Assembly (NCBI GenBank): GCA_910588545.1
Contig: CAJUOU010000003.1
Span: 54,248 to 118,247 of the forward strand
Source: an uncultured Christensenellaceae bacterium
Lineage (GTDB): Bacteria > Bacillota > Clostridia > Christensenellales > UBA3700
Length of the DNA stretch: 64,000 bases
Direction of reading: 5' to 3'
A program made the position numbers and the translations under genes. Positions 56,723 to 64,000 of the stretch are shown piece by piece (the stretch's first letter is position 1; each line of letters begins with the position of its first letter). The notes beneath the pieces are model-generated. The model did not search any database, had not been told where the DNA came from, and was given only the letters and a program-made list of their open reading frames with translations.

Positions 56723-57579
56723 AAATAGGTTTTTTTGCCTTTACGGGGACAGGCAATACTTTAAGAGTATGCAAAATACTTGCAAAGGAACTTGAACAAA
56801 ATGAATTGGTATGCGATATCAAGCTTATTAAACAAGTTGCCGACTTGCAAGTGATAAATGACTACGATAAAATTATTATCGCCTACCCTGTACACGGCTT
56901 TAATACACCAATGCCTATGCTCGACTTTATAAAAAGCTTGCCAAACAGCACTAATAAAAAATGTGTATATATTGTAAGAGTTTCAGGCGAGCCGTTGAGC
57001 ATAAATCACGCTGCAAGCATTGTGCCAAAACGAATACTAAAATCTAAAGGCTACAAAGTAATGGGCGAATTTGCCTATGTTATGCCTTACAATATTATTT
57101 TTCGACATACAGATAATATGGCTGCCCGCATGAAAAATGCAGCTATACTAAAAGCTAAAAAAGATGTTCAAATAATATTTAACAACGACGTGAAATTGTT
57201 TAAAAACAACATGTTTAACAGGCTTGTTTCCTTTATATGCAAGATTGAACACCCTGCAATGCCAATGTTCGGTAAACACTATAAAGTAACAGACTTGTGC
57301 TCATCCTGTGGTGTGTGCGAAAAGGTTTGTCCCGTAGGCAATATAACACTAAAGGACGGGAAACCTGTTTTTGGCAAACATTGCGTAGGTTGTATGGGGT
57401 GCTCATTCCATTGCCCTCACGATGCAATTCGCATTGCAATGCTTGACGGCTGGAGGGTAAATGGTGCTTACAACTTTAACACAACCCCTGCTACTGATGA
57501 CGAGATATGTAACTATTGCAAAAAATCTTATTTAAAATATTTCCATGACTCCGAGGACACAGCTTGCGATAAAAAGTAA
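56719..57579 (+). CDS. EFR1-type ferredoxin (flavodoxin-like N-domain plus 2x[4Fe-4S] domain)
   Basis: MKIGFFAFTGTGNTLRV, then CSSCGVCEKVCP and CVGCMGCSFHCP. 4-nt overlap with the upstream gene. Confidence 0.75.
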   Translation: MKIGFFAFTGTGNTLRVCKILAKELEQNELVCDIKLIKQVADLQVINDYDKIIIAYPVHGFNTPMPMLDFIKSLPNSTNKKCVYIVRVSGEPLSINHAASIVPKRILKSKGYKVMGEFAYVMPYNIIFRHTDNMAARMKNAAILKAKKDVQIIFNNDVKLFKNNMFNRLVSFICKIEHPAMPMFGKHYKVTDLCSSCGVCEKVCPVGNITLKDGKPVFGKHCVGCMGCSFHCPHDAIRIAMLDGWRVNGAYNFNTTPATDDEICNYCKKSYLKYFHDSEDTACDKK

Positions 57580-57735
57580 AGCTACAAATATTAAAGCCAC
57601 TTTTAAAGATACAAAAATATACATTATTAATTGCTCAAATGTTTGAGGCATATTTTCGCAAATACTATCTATTAATGACAATATGTAATAAATATGTTAT
57701 AAAATATTATTTACTTTATTAATAACTCATAATAA

Positions 57736-57764
57736 TAAAAAACACCCTAAAGGGTGTTTTTTTA
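57736..57764. terminator. Bidirectional terminator between convergent genes
   Basis: ACACCC-taaa-GGGTGT with an A-run before and a T-run after. Confidence 0.75.
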
Positions 57765-57782
57765 TTGTCTGTAAAAGTTATT

Positions 57783-59060
57783 TTACTTGTTTGGAGTAAA
57801 GCCCTTACCATCTGTGGCGTCTTTAATTCTGCCGACTTCGGTATTATCGCACTTTCTGCATTGCAATTCCGACAATGGATTTTTTGCAGTTTCAAAACGA
57901 TAATCTTCCCCAAACTTTTTGATATACTCGTCAATCACTATATGTGACGGAGTATTGTCAACCGTTGGATTGATAATCGCTTGATATTTAAAGAAGTCGC
58001 TGTCTTTTGCAAGACCGTTTATATTTTCATACTCCTCCAATACGGAAGTAAATTGAGCGGTATTTTTGATTATATTTCTTACATAATCGATATTCTCGTG
58101 TAAAGAAAGCGGTGCCGGAAACTCTGCATTCGGTATAACTTGCTGCCAAGTTTTGTTTTCATGCTTTTGCAATAGTTTTGCAGCCTCGTGTAAATGTGCG
58201 ATTTCGATTGCAAGGTTTTCCTCCCATAACGCTTTGATGCGTTTATCCGTTTCCGTCATCATACAAGACCAATACAAATAACACTCTACATACTCATGCC
58301 ACAAATTCATTTCAAACCAACTGCCGTTGGCATCCATCAAATCTTCGTATTGAGTTACGTGCTCCTCTTCCACAAGTGCGATTTCCTCGTACAACTTACG
58401 GGTCAAATCATCCGTTGCCAAAGTAGAGATATTCATATAGTAGTTCATTGTTTGTTGCTCTGCTGCTGTAATTATCATTGTCCCCAATATAGTTTGTAAA
58501 TCAGCAGTTTTGGAATTAATGCCACGTCTTACATTATCTTTAGGGAATCTGTGATGCGAGATTGTAGGTCTTGCAGGCATAATCTCCGTATACTTGCCTA
58601 CCAATCTTTCAGCAATCACACCTTGATTCATATAAAGTAAATCAGAATATCTATACAAATGGTCAAAGTCCTCAAGCAATGCAAAATCCAAAGCTTTTTT
58701 TACGTAAAAGTCTTTTTCTCTTTTTGCAAGCTCCGCAGTAAGGTCGACTGCAAGTTGCTCGTAGCCGATAGTTTGCTCAAGTTGAGTTTCGTCGGCAGGC
58801 TTTAGCAACGAAATTTTTAATTGTTGTTGTTTTTCTTGTGCTCTTACTACGGCTAAATCTCTGCGGATATCCGTACAAGCAACATGTCTTGAAAATTGGT
58901 GTGAAAACCAATTTGCTTCAAATTCGGTACCGTTCATCAAAATAATACGTGTTTTTGTATAAGGGTCAACATCATTTTTATTGTATGACTTTGGATATAA
59001 CCCTTTCCAATTTTCAAACGCATTGATTAACGAAATCGGTTTTTCATTAAATGGATTCAT
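57783..59060 (-). CDS. Ferritin-like (di-iron carboxylate four-helix bundle) domain protein, 425 aa
   Basis: Repeated E...ExxH signatures (LLEDFDHLY, AAEQQ...LVEEEHVTQY, AIEIAHLHEA). AAAGGAGAA RBS. Confidence 0.6.
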   Translation of the reverse strand: MNPFNEKPISLINAFENWKGLYPKSYNKNDVDPYTKTRIILMNGTEFEANWFSHQFSRHVACTDIRRDLAVVRAQEKQQQLKISLLKPADETQLEQTIGYEQLAVDLTAELAKREKDFYVKKALDFALLEDFDHLYRYSDLLYMNQGVIAERLVGKYTEIMPARPTISHHRFPKDNVRRGINSKTADLQTILGTMIITAAEQQTMNYYMNISTLATDDLTRKLYEEIALVEEEHVTQYEDLMDANGSWFEMNLWHEYVECYLYWSCMMTETDKRIKALWEENLAIEIAHLHEAAKLLQKHENKTWQQVIPNAEFPAPLSLHENIDYVRNIIKNTAQFTSVLEEYENINGLAKDSDFFKYQAIINPTVDNTPSHIVIDEYIKKFGEDYRFETAKNPLSELQCRKCDNTEVGRIKDATDGKGFTPNK

Positions 59061-59309
59061 ATTTTTCTCCTTTCAAATATTTTTTTAATATACTTATATT
59101 TTTCCCAAAATACTTTAATAAATACGATAAATACTCTAATTAATAAAATTTAATCACATTTATATTTCCCAAAAATACCAAAATACCCACGAAAATCGGA
59201 GGTATTAGATAAAATTGATTGATTATTTTTAATTTTTATATTAATTTTTTTAATAATTAGTGATTTGTTACATAATTAATGCTACAATTATAAAAAAGGA
59301 GATAATATA

Positions 59310-59451
59310 ATAGATAGCACGCGAATACAAAAAAAACATTTCCACGGAAATTAAGTTAAGCAGAATGTCGCAAATAAAATTGGCAATTTCTTTAATTGTT
59401 TCCAAAACAACTATATCAAGATATAAAACGGTGATTGTTTTTCGTCATTAA
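59310..59451 (+). pseudogene. Possible relic of an XRE HTH gene (start codon lost, frameshift, truncated)
   Basis: AAGGAG (59296-59301) is followed 8 nt later by ATA. Frame 1 reads IDSTRIQKKHFHGN-stop. A shifted frame reads LSRMSQIKLAISLIVSKTTISRYKT..., matching the GLSQxxLAxxLxVSxxTISRYE pattern. Confidence 0.35.
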
Positions 59452-59513
59452 ATGTTTTTGCTTATTTATGTTACGTTTTGGATTTAGATGCAAACTAAAT
59501 ACTTTGTATCAAC

Positions 59514-59548
59514 AAAAAATAATGCACCTAAAAAGTGCATTATTTTTT
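59514..59548. terminator. Terminator after pnp
   Basis: ATAATGCAC-cctaaaaa-GTGCATTAT flanked by A-run and T-run. Confidence 0.7.
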
Positions 59549-59608
59549 GTTTTATTACTAAATTTTATTAGAATATCGTATTTAAATTTATCTAGGCTTT
59601 ATTGCAAA

Positions 59609-61693
59609 TTAAAGCTTTTTGATAAGTTTTAAATCAATCCTACCCTTGTCGTCTATTTTGATAACTTTTACCAAAACTTTATCGTCGATATTTACAACGT
59701 CGGTAACTTTTTCCACTCTTTCTTTAGCAAGTTTGCTGATATGAATCATACCATCTTTGCCGGGAGCTATTTCAACAAAAGCACCAAAGTCCATAATTCT
59801 TACAACAGCACCCTCGATTTCGTCGCCTACTTCAGGGTCTTTTGCAATAGCCAAAACGATTTTCTTAGCTTTTTCTGCCATTTGCTCGTCATTGCTTGCT
59901 ATAAATACAGTACCATTATCGCTAATATCAATTTTAACGCCTGTATCCTCGATAATCTTGTTGATTACTTTACCGCCACTGCCGATAACTTCACGAATCT
60001 TGTCAGGGTCGATATCAAAAGATATAATCTTTGGAGCATATTTGGATAGTTTTTCGTTTGCTTTTGGAAGAACTGCAAGCATTTGACCCAAAATTTCAAG
60101 TCTTCCCTCTCTAGCTTGAGCCAAAGCGGTACGCAAAATTTGCTCGTTGATACCTTTTATCTTAATATCCATTTGGATTGCTGTAATACCGGCCTCGGTA
60201 CCTGCAACCTTAAAGTCCATATCTCCAAGGAAATCTTCCAAACCTTGAATATCTGTTAAAATTTTAACATTGCTTTTGTCAGGAGTACTGATTAAACCCA
60301 TTGCTACACCTGCTACAGGAGCTTTGATAGGTACACCTGCATCCATCAATGCCAATGTGCTACCACAAACGCTTGCTTGAGATGTTGAGCCGTTAGAACT
60401 TAAAACCTCACTTACTGTACGGATAGCGTATGGGAATACCTCTTCACTTGGAAGTACAGGCTCCAAAGCTCTTTCTGCCAATGCCCCGTGACCGATTTCA
60501 CGACGACCAGGGCTCTTTGCAGGTTTTGCCTCGCCAACGCTATAGCCAGGGAAATTATAATGATGGATATATCTCTTAAATACTTCGTCATCCAACCCTT
60601 CCAATTTTTGCACTTCACTTATAGTACCTAAAGTTGCTGTAGTCAAAACTTGAGTTTGTCCACGAGTGAACACACCGCTGCCATGTACTCTTGGCAAAAT
60701 GCCGTGCTCACACCAAATTGGTCTGATTTCCTTTAATGTTCTGCCGTCAGGACGAATACCTTTGTCCAAAATTTTAGCACGAACTTTTTCCTTTTTCATA
60801 TTATAAAGCACTTCTGCAATATCTTTTTTACCATCAGGGAAAACCTCTGCAAAGTGAGTAAATACGTCTTGCTCCAAAGCCTCTTCCAATTTTTCACGAG
60901 CTTGTCTGTTAAACTCTTCCAAAGCCTTGTCCATCATATCGTTTGCATATTCTCTTACTTGCTCTTCAATAGCGGGCTCTGCATGATAAATGTTAGGAAC
61001 TATTTTTTCTTTACCGATTTCTGCTTGAATACCCTCGATAAATGCAACGATTTTCTTAATCTCTTCGTGACCGAACAAGATTGCACCAATCATTTCCTCT
61101 TCAGTAAGCTCGTTAGCGCCTGCCTCAACCATCAAAATAGCGTCCTTTGTACCGCTCAAGCTCAAGTGAAGTCTGCTCTTTTCTCTTTGTTCTGCACTTG
61201 GATTGATAATGTACTCGCCATCGATATATCCAACAACAACAGAGCCTGTAGGTCCTGCAAAAGGAATATCCGAAATAGAAAGTGCAACCGAACTACCAAT
61301 CATAGCATAAATTTCAGGTGGAACGTCAGGATTTACCGATAGGCAAGTTGCAACAACGGATACATCATTATAAAAGCCCTTAGGGAACAACGGTCTTAAA
61401 GGTCTGTCAATCAAACGGCAAACAAGAATACCTTTATCGCTTGGGCGGCCCTCTCTCTTTTTAAAGCCACCGGGTATTTTGCCGACAGAATACATTTTCT
61501 CTTCGTAATCAACGTTCAAAGGGAAAAAGTCAACGCCGTCTCTTGGCTCTTTTGACATGGTAGCGTTAACCATTACCACAGTTTCCTCGCACTTTACAAG
61601 GCAAGTACCATTTGTCATACCGCAATATGCACCGGTTTCTACCTCAACTTCTCTTCCGCCTATTGTAGTTTTGTAAATTTTTCTATCTATCAT
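59609..61693 (-). CDS. pnp: Polyribonucleotide nucleotidyltransferase (PNPase)
   Basis: 694 aa with two RNase PH domains plus KH and S1 ([15 protein letters not shown]). Confidence 0.97.
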   Translation of the reverse strand: MIDRKIYKTTIGGREVEVETGAYCGMTNGTCLVKCEETVVMVNATMSKEPRDGVDFFPLNVDYEEKMYSVGKIPGGFKKREGRPSDKGILVCRLIDRPLRPLFPKGFYNDVSVVATCLSVNPDVPPEIYAMIGSSVALSISDIPFAGPTGSVVVGYIDGEYIINPSAEQREKSRLHLSLSGTKDAILMVEAGANELTEEEMIGAILFGHEEIKKIVAFIEGIQAEIGKEKIVPNIYHAEPAIEEQVREYANDMMDKALEEFNRQAREKLEEALEQDVFTHFAEVFPDGKKDIAEVLYNMKKEKVRAKILDKGIRPDGRTLKEIRPIWCEHGILPRVHGSGVFTRGQTQVLTTATLGTISEVQKLEGLDDEVFKRYIHHYNFPGYSVGEAKPAKSPGRREIGHGALAERALEPVLPSEEVFPYAIRTVSEVLSSNGSTSQASVCGSTLALMDAGVPIKAPVAGVAMGLISTPDKSNVKILTDIQGLEDFLGDMDFKVAGTEAGITAIQMDIKIKGINEQILRTALAQAREGRLEILGQMLAVLPKANEKLSKYAPKIISFDIDPDKIREVIGSGGKVINKIIEDTGVKIDISDNGTVFIASNDEQMAEKAKKIVLAIAKDPEVGDEIEGAVVRIMDFGAFVEIAPGKDGMIHISKLAKERVEKVTDVVNIDDKVLVKVIKIDDKGRIDLKLIKKL

Positions 61694-61785
61694 TTTCTCC
61701 TCCTATATCTTTGGTCATCCAAAGATTTTCAACCAACCGGTTGATGATATATATAAAATGTTTTTGTATCGTATTTGTTTATATA

Positions 61786-61820
61786 ATAAAAAATTACCCG
61801 AACACTTACTATTCGGGTTA
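61786..61820 (-). terminator. Hairpin between rpsO and pnp
   Basis: ACCCGAA...TTCGGGT 7-bp stem followed on the minus strand by a U-rich run. Confidence 0.55.
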
Positions 61821-61826
61821 TTTTTA

Positions 61827-62099
61827 TTACTTTCTTAGGTTTAATTTAGCGATAACTGCTCTGTATCTTTCGATATCCTTATTTTTTAGATAAGTAAGCA
61901 AGTTTCTTCTTTTACCTACCATTTGCAACAAACCGCGACGGCTGTGGTGGTCCTTTTTGTGCACTGCAAAGTGTGCTTTTAAAGTTTCGATTCTTGCAGT
62001 TAGCAAAGCAATTTGAACTTCAGGAGAACCTGTGTCGCCTTCCGATTGAGCAAATTTCTCAATAATCTCTTGTTTAGTAAGTTTTGTTAAATCTTCCAT
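61827..62099 (-). CDS. rpsO: 30S ribosomal protein S15
   Basis: [19 protein letters not shown]...[21 protein letters not shown], 90 aa. Confidence 0.96.
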   Translation of the reverse strand: MEDLTKLTKQEIIEKFAQSEGDTGSPEVQIALLTARIETLKAHFAVHKKDHHSRRGLLQMVGKRRNLLTYLKNKDIERYRAVIAKLNLRK

Positions 62100-62313
62100 T
62101 TTTAATCTCCTAATAAATATTTATTCCTAAAACCAAGTAAATCATCGGAGTGTTGATAAACATAGTCAAAGGTACTATCTAATCATAACATAATTTTTTT
62201 TGAGTGTAAACTGATTTTTGGTATTTTTATCTAATTTATTTTATATTTTTTAATTTTTGTATAAAAGCTCACCTATTAAGACATTATTTGACTAAAATTT
62301 AGGTCGCTCAATC

Positions 62314-63711
62314 TTATTTGAAAAAGTTTTCCTTATCTGCCAATATTTTTTCTTCCCTTTCCAAATATACATCTATGCCTTTAGGGTTTGCTAGCCTTTC
62401 CAATCTGTTTTGCTCGCTCCAAACTCTTTTGGATATAGCCCCTGCACCGCAAGCAATTATGCTATGTGTTTCCTCCATAATGTCAATATTATATATACAA
62501 GATTTATTTTGTTTTGCGTAACCTGTATTGTCCAAATTACCGCTCATATATTTTTGTCTGTACATATAGTATGGCTCAAAACCGTTTGAAATAATTGCAT
62601 TTCTTGAGTACTCAATCATTTTTTCGGGCAACAATTCGATTTTGTTGTCATACTCTTGGAGTTTCAAACTGCTACCTTTTTTAATTGCAAGTGTATGTAT
62701 AGTAATATTTTCGGGATTGATTGCGATTGCTTGATCGACGGAATATTTAAAATCCTCAAAACTCTCGTTTGGCAACATTGCAATCAAATCCATATTTATA
62801 TCAAAATCGAACTCTCTTGCCATATCATAAACTTTAAAAATATCTTGTTTAGTATGATTCCGTCCTATCAAAGCTAAGGTTTTATCGTTAAAAGTCTGCG
62901 GGTTAATACTTATTCTTGTAACTCCATTGTCAGACATAATCTTTAGTTTTTCTTTACTTATCGTGTCAGGTCTGCCTGCCTCCACGGTAAACTCTTTGCA
63001 TTTGATTTTGCCAAGTTCCGCGATTATTTGTTCAAAATCTTTCTCGCACAAACTTGTAGGTGTACCTCCTCCCACATAAATCGAACGCACTTGTAACCCT
63101 AAATTTTCAACCAAAGCTACACTGTGCTTTATCTCCCTTACAACTTGTCCGACATAAGGGGCAAGCCATTTTTTAATTTTTCCGAGTTCCGCGGAAATAA
63201 ACGAACAATAGCTACACCTTGATACACAAATAGGGATATTTACAAAAAAATCAACTTGTTTGTCATTGTGTGAGTATATACCTTTTTGATTATCGCAAAT
63301 CCTTTCTATCCAATCCGCACCTTGTTGCGGCACACGCAAATACTCCTTAAAATAATTTTTTGCATCCTTGCCACTCTCCGTAAGTTCGTGATAAAGCTTG
63401 GTCGGTCTTATACCTGTAAGCGAGCCGTAAGGCAACCTTTTGCCCGTGCACTCTGCAAGCAAGTCGTAAAGCATTATTTTTGCAAGCCTTTTTAACTCGC
63501 TTTTTTGCTTTATCGGAGGCAGATTTTGTATTTCGCACCGATTTTCGATGGTTTTTTGATTAAATTTTAAAGCTACAGTATCGTTATGTATCTCAATATA
63601 AACAATATTTTTCTGCTCATTTTCGTCTATTGCGACCAATGGGGAAAACGCCCTCACAACATCCATCAAATCGGGTAAAAACTCGCTGTTTGTAATTACT
63701 TTCAGCTCCAT
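62314..63711 (-). CDS. HemN/HemZ-family radical SAM protein (coproporphyrinogen dehydrogenase-like)
   Basis: CVSRCSYCSF (CxxxCxxC) after a ~150-aa N-terminal extension, as in HemZ-type proteins. Confidence 0.8.
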   Translation of the reverse strand: MELKVITNSEFLPDLMDVVRAFSPLVAIDENEQKNIVYIEIHNDTVALKFNQKTIENRCEIQNLPPIKQKSELKRLAKIMLYDLLAECTGKRLPYGSLTGIRPTKLYHELTESGKDAKNYFKEYLRVPQQGADWIERICDNQKGIYSHNDKQVDFFVNIPICVSRCSYCSFISAELGKIKKWLAPYVGQVVREIKHSVALVENLGLQVRSIYVGGGTPTSLCEKDFEQIIAELGKIKCKEFTVEAGRPDTISKEKLKIMSDNGVTRISINPQTFNDKTLALIGRNHTKQDIFKVYDMAREFDFDINMDLIAMLPNESFEDFKYSVDQAIAINPENITIHTLAIKKGSSLKLQEYDNKIELLPEKMIEYSRNAIISNGFEPYYMYRQKYMSGNLDNTGYAKQNKSCIYNIDIMEETHSIIACGAGAISKRVWSEQNRLERLANPKGIDVYLEREEKILADKENFFK

Positions 63712-64000
63712 AAAATCATATTTCCTTCTCTTTCGTAATCCATAGTAGTACTATCGCCGTGTCCCGGATAAACAACATAATCGCCGTTTAGTCCAAACAA
63801 TTTTACGATTATGGAATTTTTTAAATCGTTAAAAGAACTATCCTCAAAATCATATCTGCCGTAGCTACTCAAAAACAATGTGTCGCCTGAAAACACCACA
63901 TTTTTTATAACATAACAAACTCCGCCTGAAGAATGTCCCGGAGTATGAATGACTTTAAATTGCAAATCATCAAAATTCAAAACATCCCCGTCATCTACAA
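63702..64000 (-). CDS. MBL-fold metallo-hydrolase (3' part; gene runs off the right edge)
   Basis: VIHTPGHSSGGVCYV...GDTLF...PGHG motifs. The reading frame stays open to position 64000 (..VDDGDVLNFDDLQF). Confidence 0.8.
   Translation of the reverse strand, partial: VDDGDVLNFDDLQFKVIHTPGHSSGGVCYVIKNVVFSGDTLFLSSYGRYDFEDSSFNDLKNSIIVKLFGLNGDYVVYPGHGDSTTMDYEREGNMILWS

Noticed and set aside
59093-59178. Two direct repeats TTATATTT(TT)CCCAAAA(A)TAC upstream of the ferritin-like gene. On the minus strand they read TTTTGGGAAA-TATAA, resembling the right half of the XRE operator plus -10 at 6266-6279.
   Set aside because: Only a half-site is present, with no palindromic TCCCAA partner and no convincing -35. 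The similarity may simply reflect an A/T-rich -10 context.
1-64000. Searched for a CRISPR array, rRNA, tRNA, IS elements, and retron or DGR-like reverse transcriptase.
   Set aside because: None was found. The only multi-copy short repeats are the 78-bp terminator/promoter units (two copies plus a third promoter-only copy), the ~370-bp modules (2 copies) and the island-flanking repeats. They are kilobases apart and have other explanations. The only stable RNA gene seen is tmRNA.

Overview
Low-GC Firmicutes (Clostridia-like) chromosomal segment, transcribed mostly on the minus strand. Core genes are rpoC (partial), rpoB, ruvX plus a DUF1292 gene, rarA, ssrA (tmRNA), gap, a split transketolase, pnp, rpsO and a HemZ-like radical SAM gene. 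No rRNA, tRNA or CRISPR array was seen.

Two regions stand out.

(1) A ~370-bp intergenic module occurs twice in direct orientation, at 14097-14470 and 26421-26800. Each copy has identical 26-nt inverted repeats around a 121-bp core that carries a near-consensus promoter. A ~150-nt stretch, identical between copies for its first ~75 nt and near-identical after, follows and ends in a terminator. This looks like a pair of invertible promoters (phase switches) coupled to a candidate ~180-nt sRNA. Copy 2 sits 24 nt from the start codon of a 932-aa dockerin/beta-helix surface protein and faces away from it. An orphan tyrosine recombinase (16229-17143) lies between the two copies.

(2) A ~9.9-kb island (44063-53912) is inserted at the 3' end of the transketolase C-subunit gene. 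Its right junction keeps a diverged relic of a second tkt 3' end and a second copy of the tkt terminator. The island encodes its own ECF-like sigma factor and three copies of a TGAATA-N17-CGTATA promoter. It also encodes a secreted papain-like peptidase, a single-pass membrane protein, a lipoprotein, a fused MacB-type ABC transporter, and a 1236-aa protein that combines LRR, Listeria-Bacteroides repeat and collagen-like regions.

Smaller items include an XRE repressor with four palindromic operators controlling two paralogous zinc-ribbon membrane proteins, twin MarR operators, decayed XRE genes and an enriched CCCGATTTTC motif.

All coordinates were counted by hand and may be off by 1-2 nt. 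Protein family calls rest on motif recognition, not database searches.
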